Positions 25,383 through 37,541 of a DNA stretch of 64,000 nucleotides are shown one piece after another (position 1 is the first letter of the stretch; each line of letters begins with the position of its first letter). The notes under the pieces were generated by a model. It saw only the letters and a program-made list of their open reading frames with translations. It was not told where the DNA came from and did no database searches. The DNA is taken from positions 7,380,001 through 7,444,000 of the forward strand of contig CM075988.1 in assembly GCA_038087875.1 (NCBI GenBank). Direction: 5' to 3'. This stretch comes from Malacoraja senta. Lineage: Eukaryota. The position numbers were made by a program, and so were the translations under genes.

Positions 25383-25899
25383 TTAGTGCGATATTATGGC
25401 AAAATAATCCACTAAAGGTCAACCAAAGAAACGTAAATATAAATGATATATTTGGGCTGAATGAAAATTGTTCTTACTGAAATATTGAAAAAGGTCTGTA
25501 TTATTGAAACTATAAACTATTGAAAATGGCAGAGTAAAATATCAGATCAAAATATTACTTTCAAAATATAACAAATGGGTTCAATGAATGTGTAGCATAG
25601 TTTAAATAGCCCTGATCCTGGTGTTTTGTAATTAAAAACATTGCTTGTTGGAGCTGTGTCACGGATCACTTCTACATGGTGAGCTATGTATCCACAGCAC
25701 TAAGGTGCAATCTTCAAGTCACTAACGTAACAGAGAATTTTGGACAGTTGGTCTGACATACAAGTTTGAGGCAGAGCATATAGCGTTTGGACGTTGAAGT
25801 TCAAGTATTTAAATAAATCTGGAATCAAAACAAAAGGTTGGTCCCAGTCAAAGTTGCTATGAAACTACAGATAACACTTTCAAGAGTTAATTTAACTTT

Positions 25900-26068
25900 T
25901 CTAGAGAGAGTTAGATTTAGCTCTTAGGCCTAACGGAATCAAGGGATATGGGGAGAAAGCAGGAACGGGGTACTGATTTTAGATGATCAGCCATGATCAT
26001 ATTGAATGGTGGTGCTGGCTCGAAGGGCCGAATGGCCTACTCCTGCACCTATTTTCTATATTTCTATG
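25900..26068 (+). mobile_element. CR1 3' end
   Basis: gagagagttagatttagctctt...cctattttctatatttctatg. Confidence 0.85.
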
Positions 26069-27129
26069 TAACACTCATTATAATGGACCATAGGGGGAGG
26101 GGGGGGGGGAATTATGTCTGTTATTGCCGATTGACCAGTATAACCAAGTAAGGGGGGGGGGGGGGGTAGGGTAAATATGTACAGTATTGGAAAAACAGCC
26201 AATAAACATAGACAAACCAAGTCACACGATAAAGAGTTAGTTTTTTCACACCATATTCTTCACATACACACTACCGTAGCACCATTCCCTAACTTGTAGA
26301 ACTTAGTTCTAATTTCTGGCATACACTTAAACTGACACTTGTTCATTCTACCCACCACTCTCTCTGGAAGCCAAGGTCAATCACTACAATGATAATTTAA
26401 AGCAGAAAAGTGAGTAAATACAAAACGGGGTGAACACACAACACGTGCGGCCACGATGACGCAGCGGTAAAGTTACTGTCTTTCAGCACTTGCAGTGCCG
26501 GAGACCCGGGTTCGATCCCAACTACCGGTGCTGTCTGTATGGAGTTTGTACATTCTCAATATACACAAATTGTATATGGCAGTTACAATAGGTTTTACTG
26601 AAAAGGCAGAATGCTTCCTGAAAATACTTAGCCCTGATTCCCACAGTGAGACTGAGGGTTGGATTTAAATTCAGTAGCTTGCACTTGTTTCCCAAGCAAC
26701 GTCCCACTGGATGCATCTGGTTCTATCCTTGGAAGATTGCTTGGAGCAACTAACAAAGTTTGACATGCCATCCCAAAAATTACTCATTTATTTTTCCTCT
26801 AATTTCTGTTGATTAACCTGTTCCTCAGTCCGGGTATTATTTATCCACAATCCCACGGAACCCTAATCTAGTGTAACTGACTCTAGTGTGGGCCCCATAT
26901 CAAATTCCTTCTGTGACTCTAAATATACCATAACTATCAGCTTCCCTTCGCATGCCTGGCCCGCGGCGTTACTCCAACATTTTGTGGCCAGCTCCCAAGT
27001 TGGATGCAGAATTTACAGAAATATGTTCACGAAAATTATAGGATTTTAAACTATTTTCTTTATCTCCCCACAACACGGAAATCTCTAACCGAGATGGGGT
27101 GGTGGGTATATGGAATGAGCTGATGTGGA

Positions 27130-27343
27130 ACTTCTGTACGGAGTTTGTACATGTGGGTTTTCTCCGGGTCCTCCAGTTTCCTCCCACACTCCAAAGGTGT
27201 ACAGGTTTTTAGGTTAATTGGCTTCTGTAAATGATATATTGTCCCTAGTGTGTAGGATAGTGTTAGTGTACGGGATGATCGCTGGTTGGCACGGACTTGG
27301 TGGGCCAAACGGCCTGTTTCCACGCTACATCTCTAAAGTAAAC
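27130..27343 (+). mobile_element. HE1-type SINE inside a CR1 3' fragment (about 27060-27650)
   Basis: SINE core and tail; the CR1 sequence tggaatgagct resumes as gagctaccagagg at 27348. Confidence 0.75.
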
Positions 27344-28396
27344 GAAAGAGCTACCAGAGGAAGTATTTGAAGCAACTACTATAACAGCATTTAAAAGCAT
27401 TTAACAGGTACATGGATAAAAATGTTTAGACGGATATAGGCCAAACACGGGCAGGTGGGTCTGGTGTGGATGGGGCATCATGAAGAAGTTGGGCCGAAGG
27501 AGTCTGAAGAAGGGTCTCGACCCAAAACTTTGCCTATTTGCTTCGCTCCATAGATGCTGCCTCACCCGCTGAGTTTCTCCAGCATTGACCTTTGGCCGAA
27601 GGTCCTGTTATCGTGCTGTACGACTCTATAAATTGTAATAAATAGGCTCGGCAACTCGTGTGGCATGTGAAAAATGGCCAACGTTTCACTTCAAAGACCT
27701 TTTGGAAAAGGCAATGGAAGTGAAGGGGAGGGGAGGGTGATGCAGATGAGGTGGAAGGGGAGGAGATGTATGGGGGCAATTACAAAGCTGCATAACCGGC
27801 TGATAACGGGACAGGTAAAGATATAAAATAATAAATATTGATGGAGCTCGCAATCGTAACGTGTATTCATTACAGCACCTGTTGTTTAAACCAGTGGTTA
27901 ATGCCAAACTTGGGATTGTGTCCAAAAGATTGAAGTGCCTGATGTTAACATCCTGTTTCCAAACTGGTTGCAAAAATAGCCTTGTATCAAAGACATTCCA
28001 TGGAATAAATATTTGGTCTTCGTCATTGGTCTTCAGTTTGTTTGAAGATTCACTGATTCTCCCTCGAACATCTCCAATAGAATATTTTCTTCAAGGTGGA
28101 GTACAGTACACGTTGGAGTCTTGAGGGTCATCTTTCTAAAGGAATGATATTTCCATGGATCTTAAGTCGACTAGTTGAGATCTTTTGATTGAATTCTGTA
28201 AATGTTTGTATTCTACCTTTCGTCAATGACCTGTGCTTTGACATATTTTTTGTAAATAAGCTGTTCATCTCGTTCAAAGAGAATTGGTTGAACTGAAAAG
28301 AGATACACTTCATCATTTGCCAGTAAGTGACTTGCCTTAATAGATTGTTTGTTCAGACCTAGACAGGAGTAACTAAGATCTGGTCAGGATGCTTTC

Positions 28397-28694
28397 GGGC
28401 AGCACGGTGGCGCAGCGGTAGAGGTGCTACCTTACAGAGCCAGTGATCCAGGTTCGATCCTGACCATGTGTGCTGTCTGTACAGAGTTTGCACGTTCTCC
28501 CTGTGACCCTGTGGGTTTTCTCCAGGTTCTCTGGCTTCCTCCCACATCCTAAAGATGTGCAGAATTGTAGGTTAATTGGCTTCTGTAATTTGTCCCTTGA
28601 GTATAGGATAGGACAAGCGTATGGGTGATTGATGGTCGACATGGGTCAAAAGGGTCTGTTTTCACGCTGTATCTCTAAACTAAAACTGAACTAA
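28397..28694 (+). mobile_element. HE1/V-SINE-type SINE
   Basis: gggcagcacggtggcgcagcggtagag head, ggttcgatcc B-box, tail ctctaaactaaaactgaactaa. Confidence 0.85.
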
Positions 28695-28864
28695 GGAGGA
28701 CCCTGAAGTCGAGAGGCCAAACAGGGCCATGGTTTAATTTTCCGACAATGATGTCCAAGATCCCTAAACCCTCTCTCAATTCTCAGCAATAATTAAATTG
28801 TACTGTTTAAGAAAGAACTGCAGATGCTGGTAAAATCGAAGGTAGACACAAAATGCTGGAGTAA

Positions 28865-29089
28865 AGGGCCTGTCCCACTTGGGCGTCATTTGCGCGTCAT
28901 TTATGCGACATCATTTACGCGTCATGACGCACACATGATGCATGCATGGCATGCATTACGCGCGCATGGTGGGTGGTGACGTAGGCAGAGATGCGCGGTC
29001 GCATGCGGCACCCCAGGATTTTGTGATTCACAAAATCTTCGCTCGCCATCTGCGTGACGCGCAAATGACGCCCAAGTGAGACAGGCCCA
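28865..29089. mobile_element. Non-autonomous PIF/Harbinger-type MITE 2 (225 bp) inserted in a Penelope-derived unit (28805-29165, minus)
   Basis: TAA TSD at 28862-28864 and 29090-29092; TIR GGGCCTGTCCCACTTGGGCGTCATTTGCGCGTCA; removing it restores gctggagtaactc. Confidence 0.9.
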
Positions 29090-29867
29090 TAACTCTGCGG
29101 GTGAGGCAGCATCGATGGAGAGAAGGAATTGGCGACATTTTGGGTCGAGACCCTTCTTCAGACTGTACTGATCTCCACTGATGATCCAACTCTAATTCCA
29201 CTGTTGGTTAACCATCCTATGGCTTAATGCCTTAAGGTCACCATTCCGCCACAGCCAAACACTTTGAATAATGTGACTGGGGATAAACACATGTTAGTTT
29301 TTGTTCTGTTAATTAGCTGTTTAGCTACTTCCAACAAAATAATTCTGGAGACACGACTGGCTATCTTTGCATGGATATCAGTCACTTTGCTGTGTTGCTG
29401 CTGGAGTGTTTTTTTTAGTCTTCCTGAGTAAACAGATAAACAGAAATTTGCAGTTGAAGTCCAAATAATGCTCAGAACTGTCCCAAGATAGACTTTCCAG
29501 TCCTGGCAATCGATGCAAATCAAAAATATGCAGATGCTGAAACACTGAAGTAAAAAGAGAAAATGCTTGAATAAAAAGCCAAGGTCTGTGGAAAGAGAAT
29601 CAAAGTTAATGTTGCAGGTTGAAGAACAACCTTCCCCATATATATTGCGATTAGCTGTTGTTCTGTGTGTGAATGTTTTTGGTGCTTTGTTGGTCCCACA
29701 GTTAAGTCAAGGATAAAAGGAAGATTGTGACACTGCAAGTTACCACTCTTTCCAGATTAAGAAAATGAAGTTTTCCTCCAACGCCACCTCCAACGTGACC
29801 CCACCACTCGCCACATCTTCCCATCTGCCCCCCTGTCTGCCTTCCGCAAAGACTGCTCCCTCCGCAA

Positions 29868-30334
29868 AGGGCCTGTCCCACGGGCATGCGACTCCATGCG
29901 GCAAGCGCGACCTAACCGCAAGCGCGGGCCAAGCGGGGGCCGCGCGGAGGTCGAGTGATCCCCGTACAGGGCAGGTCCCACCAGCATGTGGCTGCATGCG
30001 GCAAGCGCTACCAAATCGGAAGCGGGGGCCGCGCGGAGGTCGAGTGACGTCAAGACGGTGCGTACGGCGGAGAGGCGGTGCGCACGGCCGTTGAGGCGGT
30101 GCGCACAGCCGTCGATGCGGCTCGATGGCCTCGATGCGGCTGCGGGGCGGCAGGCCGTTGCCGCACGGAATTTTTGAACAGTGTCAGTTTTTCGGAGCCC
30201 CGCGCGATGTCGGGACCAGCTCCGCACAACTCCATATGGCTCCGGCGATCGAAGTGGGACCGGCCCCGCGCGGCCCCCGCTTGCGGTTAGGTCACGCTTG
30301 CCGCATGGAGTCGCATGCCCGTGGGACAGGCCCA
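29868..30334. mobile_element. Non-autonomous PIF/Harbinger-type MITE 3 (467 bp) nested in the Penelope element
   Basis: TIRs of about 55 bp, GGGCCTGTCCCACGGGCATGCGACTCCATGCGGCAAGCG.GACCTAACCGCAAGCG; flanks CAA/TAA; removal restores the PLE frame AFRKDCSLRNSLV. Confidence 0.9.
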
Positions 30335-30801
30335 TAACTCCCTTGTCAATTCTTCCCTTCACTCCCGCTCCACCCCCTCCCCGGGCACTTTCCCTTGCAA
30401 CCGCAAGAGATGCTACACTTGTCGCTTTACCCCCCCCCCTCGACTCCATTCAAGGACCCAAGCAGTCGTTCCAGGTGCGACAGAGGTTCACCTGCACCTC
30501 CTCCAACCTCATCTATTGCATCCGCTGCTCTAGATGTCAGCTGATCTATATCGGTGAGTCCAAGCGGAGGCTTGGCGATCGTTTCGCCGAACACCTTCGC
30601 TCGGTCCGCAATAACCAACCTGACCTCCCGGTGGCTCAGCACTTCAACTCCCCCTCCCATTCCGTATCCGAACTCTCTGTCCTGGGCCTCCTCCACGGCC
30701 AGAGTGAGCAACACCGGAAATTGGAGGAACAGCACCTCATATTCCGCTTGGGTAGTCTGTATCCTGGTGGCATGAACATTGAATTCTCACAATTCCGTTA
30801 A
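30335..30801 (+). pseudogene. Penelope GIY-YIG endonuclease domain; one frameshift in the C-run 30429-30439
   Basis: PGTFPCNRKRCYTC, then FTCTSSNLIYCIRCSRCQLIYIGESKRRLGDRFAEH...VAQHFN...RKLEEQHLIFRLGSLYPGGMN. Confidence 0.93.
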
Positions 30802-31115
30802 CCCTTGCTGTCTCCTCCCCCTCCTACCTCTCCCTCAGCCCTCGGGCTCCTCCTCCTTTTTCCTTTCTTCTCCCCGCCTCCCCCCACCCCCTATCAGTCT
30901 GAAGAAGGGTTTTGGCCCGAAACGTTGCCTATCTCCTTCACTCCATAGATGCTGTTGCACCCGCTGAGTTTCTCCAGCATTTTCGTGTACCTTTGATTTT
31001 CCAGCATCTGCAGTTCCTTCTTTAATACGAAAATGAAGTGCCTGCAGCTGTGATCGTCAGTCACAAGGGTTCTAATACGGGGTAAGCTGCATACTGAGAG
31101 AATTTCATTCCTACA

Positions 31116-31420
31116 GGGCAGCCTAGTGGTGCAGTGGTAGAGTTGCTGCCTCACAGCGCCAGATGCCCGGGTTTGATCCTGATCTTGGGTGCTGTCTGTG
31201 TGGAGTTTGCATGTCCCCCTTGTGATGATGTTGGCTTTTTCTGGGTGCTCTGATTTCTTCCCAAATTTCTTAAGATGTGCTGGTTTGTAGGCTTCTTAAT
31301 TGGCTTCTGTAAATTGTTCCTAGTGTGTAGGATAGAACTAGTGTAAGGGTGATGATTGATTGGCGTGGACTCGGTGAAGAAGAAGGTGAGCCGAAGGGCC
31401 TATTTCCATGCTGTATCTCC
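31116..31420 (+). mobile_element. HE1/V-SINE-type SINE
   Basis: tRNA-like head, core and CR1 tail gccgaagggcctatttccatgctgtatctc. Confidence 0.85.
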
Positions 31421-31567
31421 TTTAAAAAAAAGTAATTGTCGTTGTGAATGTTAGGGGTACGTTTAGTGTGCGGAGCACTAAATTAACAGAGCAGAATGTT
31501 TTTAAATAGATTTTTTTTTAATTCTCTAAAGATGTTATGTTAGATGTAGCAATTGACTAGATGGTAT

Positions 31568-31720
31568 GTGTAGGAAGGAACTGCAGATGGTGGTTTACAC
31601 CGAAGATAGACACAAAATGCTGGGGTAACTCAGCGCGACAGGCAGCATCTCCGGGGAGAAGGAATGTGTGACGTTTCGGGTCGAGATCCTTCTTCAGACC
31701 TGAAGGGTCTCAACCCAAAC
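31568..31720 (-). mobile_element. Penelope-derived hammerhead unit with a short inverted copy
   Basis: gtgtaggaaggaactgcagatg...gtgacgtttcgggtcgagatccttcttcagac|ctgaagggtctcaaccc. Confidence 0.8.
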
Positions 31721-32057
31721 ATCATAGGCCTCTCCAACGTTTTCTTAATTTTGTTCATTGAGTTAACCACTGCCTTGATGACACATGAGTTTCCAGAATT
31801 TCTGAAAGCATGCTATGCATTCAAAGATGCATGGTAGAATTACTGGACTGAATCTCCAGTGGGTAAAGAAATGATGGGAAAATCCATTCAAAGAAACCAG
31901 TTATTGACAACTAATCAATATTGGGGATATCCTACTGGGATTCTTTCATGGACTCCATCATTCCAATGATTAACGACACAGATCATCTTTAGGCTGATAG
32001 TAGTTATTTTTGTGTCCCTTGGAATTTTTTGTTAATAGATCCATTTAAACAAAACTT

Positions 32058-32285
32058 GTGTAGGAAGGAACTGCAGATGCTGATTTACACTGAAGATGGA
32101 CACACCATGCTGGAGTAACTCAGTGGGTTAGGCCGCACCTCTAAGAATAGGTGCCTTTTCAGGTCGAGACCCTTAGACTATTAAGGAAGGGTCTGAAAAA
32201 GGGTCTCGACCTGAAACGTCACCTATTCCTTTTCTCCAGAGGTGCTGCCTGACCGGCTGAGTTACTCCAGCATTTTGTGTCTTTC
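32058..32285. mobile_element. Palindromic Penelope-derived unit
   Basis: atgctggagtaactcag (left arm) and ctgagttactccagcattttgtgtc (right arm). Confidence 0.8.
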
Positions 32286-33139
32286 TATTTTAGTCTGGTC
32301 GTCATTCTTTTGCATCCCTTGGAAAGTTTTGTTAATAGATCCATATAAATAAAAGTTGCTTTTATTGTTGATGAAGGTGTCCGTGGATGAAATTGCTGAA
32401 GGCAAGAATATTTATGCAGTTGTTTGGACTGTGTATTCAAACAGCTGAAAGCAATCTCCATGTTTTGGGTTGAGATCTATTATTTCTTGAAGGCCATTAA
32501 CCTTTGAGAACTGCATTTAGGGCAGGACCAACACTAAGCATCGTAACACTCACAATGCAGAGAAATTAAGCCTCTGGTGAGAAAAGATGATGATTAATGT
32601 CTTGTTCTATACCTCTTGGAGTTCACAGCAAGGTCACAACGTTATAGCCCATGCAGGTCGATCCAGGCTACTGTCCCAAGATTATTAATTCCAAAATGAA
32701 GCATGTCATTTTGAAGTTGGTTAGGTCTCACTTAAATCAATGTGAACAGATTGTTGGATTTCTCTCGGTTTTACGTGTTATTAGATTGTAGGTGTGTATT
32801 ATTAAATATTTGCAATAGGGTCAGAAATGCTAGTTTTAGTTCAGAAAATTGAAACCACCCAGACAGGCTTGAAGATTTTGTTTTTTTTAACTTAAGCCTC
32901 AAGTAATTTGATCGAGGTCTAAAATAATGAAGGGATTATATGCTGTGCTCACTCATACATTATTTCAAGCAGATAGCTTGTGGAAGACCAATGCATTATG
33001 TGGATGATTACATTGTGAGTCCTGAGGAGCAGGCCAGAAGATATGGTGGCAAGTCCCAGCCTGATTTTTGTCATCCTGTCTGGATCCCTGTCCGAAAGAA
33101 AATGCTATCTGTCCTCTTGTCTCCCTATTAATAAGTAAT

Positions 33140-33487
33140 AGGAACTTGAAGTTTTTTTTTCACTCTGAGGGTGGTGGGTGTATGGAACGAGCTGCCAGAG
33201 GAGGTAGTTGAGGCAGGTACTCGAACAACATTTTAAATATATTTGGACAGGCACCTGGAGGGGCGGGGGGTGGGGGGGTTGATGGGGCAGAGAGAAGGAA
33301 CACCGTAAATCCTGGAATGCTCTGCCCAAACGCTCTGAGAGCATCTTCACCAGTAGAACACGGATAGGACAGTTTTGGAGCGATATGGGCCAAACGCGGG
33401 CAGGTGGGACTAGTGTTGCTGGGACATGTTGGCCGTTGTGCGCAAGTTGGGCCGAAGGGCCTATTTCCACTCTGTATGACTATGACT
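33140..33487 (+). mobile_element. CR1 3' fragment with unrelated internal insert
   Basis: gagggtggtgggtgtatggaacgagctgccagagg...gggccgaagggcctatttccactctgtatgactatgact. Confidence 0.75.
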
Positions 33488-36400
33488 GCAGTGTTTTAAG
33501 AAGATGGGAACCGATCTTTTCTCAAAAGTAGTTGAGAATCAACAAGAAATGCCAACCTTGCCAACGATTCTTCCGTCCTGTAAATGAACAATGAAAGAGA
33601 ATAGTGGACCATTCTGAGATCACAATGCAGCGATCTACCAAATGACCATGAGGTATTTTGTGTAACTTTTCAAGTACTTGCCTGTGACCACAATATTGAG
33701 ATGTTATATATGAATTTCTTCCACTGGCATGCAGCTCTTTTCTCTTTGAGCCATGAGCCTGAATCTGTTGTGAGAGAAATTATATGCAGTCTGGGCCTTG
33801 TTCCCAGTGGGCATGCTGACGGCAAAAAGCTATCTCGAGTTCAATATAAATTGGCACTTCATGGTTGCCATGGCCACAAAGATGGGAGGTGTGGGGAAAT
33901 AGAATTGTCACTTCAATAAAAGATGTTGTGAACTTGGAATAGAATTGAAGCTTTACTGTGCATATAAACTGCTGCATCCAACCAAGTAAATCATTTTAAA
34001 GTGACATGGATAGATGGCGCCTTGGGATGTTTTAAAATCATTAAAATTAAGCTGCATTAGCCAAGCTTCCGTAGAAAATCCAAGATTTTCGAAACTGCTT
34101 GAGGCAGATGGGAGACCATTGGTTTGGCAGACATCTCCGTGCATGGTAATAACGTATCGTTGAAGAGAAATGCAAATATTTAGGGCAGTGGAGTTCATTA
34201 TATAACCTCAAACAACTTTATAGGTTCTTGATTCATAAGGATGTCAAGAGTTACCAGGAGAAGACAGGTGAATGGGGTTCAGAGGGAACGGTAGATCAGC
34301 CATGATTAAATGGCAGAGTAGACTTGATGGGACGAATTGCCAAATTCTACTCCTATGACATGAACAGTGAACAATGCCACCTATTTTTACCCATGGCTCT
34401 CTGTAGACTTGCAAGTCAATTTGTATCTTCATTTTCATTGATTGTGTGAGATCCACCAGGCCCAGGTGGGTGTTCAGCCAAACTTGATGACGAAGCAATA
34501 AGACCAAAATAAGCGATTGTTAAGGCCATTGCTAATATATCCAGGTTCCCTTGGGGCAATATCTGATGTTCATTTGTGTTTTTCATGTGATGGCATGATC
34601 AAATATTTGCATGCTTGAACATTTTAGTGTGCCCTAAAAGGTGGCGCACTTTACCCATAAGCCCACCACGCATAATTGAGTTTGAAAATGGCACCCATCC
34701 TACATCAGGATTGGTAGTCATCCGGTTGGGGAAGAGGAAGGATCAGAGACATTTGAGGATGAATGGATTGGGATCAGGGGGGCTGGTGTATCTTGGAGAA
34801 GGGAGATTGGAGAGGCTTACAGCAATTGTTTGATGAGAACCATTGGGGCAACCAGCATATTAATATGGGATAAGGAGTAGATTGGGAGGTGTAGCTTGAG
34901 CATCTGGGGCATACGGATAGCAATAGAGACTCGTGGAGTTGCAGGGAGGCACTTGGAATATTTTGAAGGACCAGGAAACCAAGAAACCAGGAGCCTCTGG
35001 TCATTTGGTGGGTAGTGCAGTGCAAAAACATTTGGCAGTCTTAAGGCATAAGTAAGCATTTTGGTTATCTGTAGATCTCCCTGTTTAGTGCCAGACGTGT
35101 CAGGACCATGTCATGAGGTGCTTAGTGTAATGAAAATTAGGTAAAATGCTGCAAATTTTGTTACAAGAGGCATGTTGCACGGGGAAAGATATTATCTGCT
35201 CAACCTTGATGTGGAATTGACCGGGGCTATAAGGGTGACTCATGCCTGGTTAAGTTCCCTGACCAGATTAAATGCCATATTTGCTGGGTTAACGTTTTGT
35301 TTGAGTTGAATAGTGCTGAAAGGGAATTGCAATGCAACCTAGGCCACAGTTTTGGGGAGTGTAATGAGTCATGAATCCCATTGTTTCATGGTACAATGTC
35401 ATCTGCAGGGGTGCCTCCCATGATATCCAGCTTTAAGGCACACACTCTATGGGTGACCGAAACCTTTGGAGAGTACTGAATATGTGGACATGGGAGGGGT
35501 GGTGGTCAGTTGAAGAGAGTCGAAGAAGAATCAAGGGGATGAAACTGCAAGAAACGAACCTTCAGCCAGATTTTTTGTATTAATTCAGTGATCATTTGAT
35601 TTCTCTTTTATTTCTCGCTTTCCTTGACTGCTAAAGTATAAACATATCAAAAATTAATTACGTTTCTTGTTGTATTGAAGCTGTATTCCCAATTCTAGTA
35701 ATAACAAAAGGGGATTTAATTGAAGATTTTGATAATTGAAGATATTTAAATGAAGATATTTAAATGAAGATTTTGCATTTGATATTACTTGTTAATATTA
35801 ATATTTTTAATATTTTGGGCACAGTGTGCTGACAGTGAGTTCTTTACTAGCAATGGACTAATGTAACAGCTGTCTCAAACATTGAGCGCAGTCAGCCGAA
35901 AAGTAAGTTTTATATTTCATTACTTTTTAAAGGATAAATATTTCCTCGGGATTTATGAATCAGTAGATTGTCCAGTAGATTGTCCTGGTGTTACAAGCAA
36001 GAGTTTAGATGAAATATAATGTTGGGGCGCATTGGATCAATGGCAGGATTTGAAGGCACAATGTCATGTTTTAAAGCTATGCTGTTTTGATTTCAAATTT
36101 ATTTCACAAATTGTGCTCTAGTTTATCAAGAAAATATCTGAAGTTCAAATTGTTACATTAAACGATGCTTGAGGTGGTTCCGTAAGGGTAGTTTCGACTA
36201 TTTGTGCACATGTAAGAACTTGTAGTGAAAGAGGTTGACACGGTATGCTTTATTAAATCGGTGGGCTTTTGTGCACTGCACCATGGATACAATACCAAAC
36301 ATTTTTTAGTTCAAAAATATATAATTATGGTGAAAAATAGTACTGGTGATAAAAGTGGCTGCAGATAGTGTGAGCAATGGCATCACGGTGGCATCGATCA

Positions 36401-36749
36401 CCCACAAAATGACTTCTATAGCTGTATGCTGGGACTAGGCTTTTATTCACTTGGCCTAACAAGGAATATAATGAGAAAAAGCCAATGCGGATAATGAACA
36501 GATGCAAATAACTAATGAACAAAGCTGTGTTTAGTTGCAAGAGAGAATGAATGCATGCCACAGTCAGAGCTCCACCAGCATCCCCTGCCCCATTCCTCCT
36601 TGCAATTTATCCTCTCTCTCTCACGTGCACATTGACTCCCCTTTGATTCTTTTGCTACTTGCTCAGATTAAGAGGTAATTTACAATAGTCAATTAACCTA
36701 CCGGCACGTTTTTGGGATGTGTGAATATGTGTGCAGGAGTTACAAAAGC

Positions 36750-37020
36750 CTGACGTTGTACATCACTAGTTATTCAGGAACAGATACTTTCCAACAATCA
36801 TCATGTTCTTTAACCAACCTGGACGACCCTAACTAACTGGACAATGGAACACTATGGACCACTATGGACCATCTCCTGCACTACCACAGACTAGTTTTTT
36901 TCTAATTGTTTTGCACTAAAGTTCCTTTTTTGCACACTTTTTTCTTTTTTTACTATCATGCAGAATTTTGTGTAATTTAGCTATAATTTATGTATATTTG
37001 TGTATCTGAATCTATGTGCC
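36750..37020 (+). mobile_element. Degraded Rex1-type 3' fragment
   Basis: ttcaggaacagatactttccaaca (FRNRYFPT) matches the end of ORF 7532-8683. Confidence 0.55.
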
Positions 37021-37024
37021 TGTG

Positions 37025-37540
37025 CAGGGGTGGAAATCGCTATCAAAACATGGGGGGGGGGCACAATTATTTGGCGGCTGTATGCACACACATGCACGAA
37101 GCTTCGGTCGTGGGCCCGGTGGACGATAACATCGGGAGCTGACCTGGGTGGTGACCGACTCTGAACCCCACCAACAGCAGCTTCGTCCGCCCCGAATCGT
37201 GGGGCTTCATTCGGCCCGTTGGAGGGGCCTTTCATCGCCCGGCGCGGTTTAAAACCAGCCGCGGGATCTTCCATTGCCCTGCGGGGGCTTCAACATCGGG
37301 AGCCTCGATCGCCTTGACTATGCAATTTGACCGGGGGGCGATGGAAAATCCCGCGGCCAATTTTAAGCCGCGCCGGCTGATGAAAGGCCCCGCGGACGGG
37401 CCGTTTGAAGCTCCGCTCTATGATCTTTGCACCACCAGGACGTCTCCCTCCTCCAATCACCACTCTCTATCCTCAGTCCCACCCCCCTACTTCCGCCTCT
37501 GGTCCGACACCTCCCTCTTCCAATCATCACGCTGAATCAT
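37025..37540. mobile_element. GC-rich unclassified repeat, possibly one end of a hAT-like non-autonomous element, with an internal inverted repeat
   Basis: Begins CAGGGGTGGAAATCG; about 37200-37285 is the imperfect reverse complement of about 37331-37415; no right TIR visible. Confidence 0.45.
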
Positions 37541-37541
37541 C

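Larger units (their letters stand above)
29772..31028 (+). mobile_element. 5'-truncated Penelope-like retroelement (GIY-YIG endonuclease end plus terminal unit with hammerhead motif), 11-bp TSD
   Basis: TSD gaaaatgaagt at 29761-29771 and 31029-31039; coding remnant; CTGAAGA..GAAA core at 30899-30926. Confidence 0.92.

Noticed and set aside
26092..26171. Functional G-quadruplex or telomere-like element
   Set aside because: Simple G homopolymers with no telomeric repeat and no independent evidence of function.
29757..30801. Novel proteins from ORFs 29757-30449 (minus) and the N-terminal part of 30181-30801
   Set aside because: These are open frames across a GC-rich MITE; only the portion after about 30440 is a real PLE endonuclease frame.
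35825..35902. Coding exon between acAG and GTAAGT
   Set aside because: All three frames contain stops; it could only be non-coding, and there is no further support.
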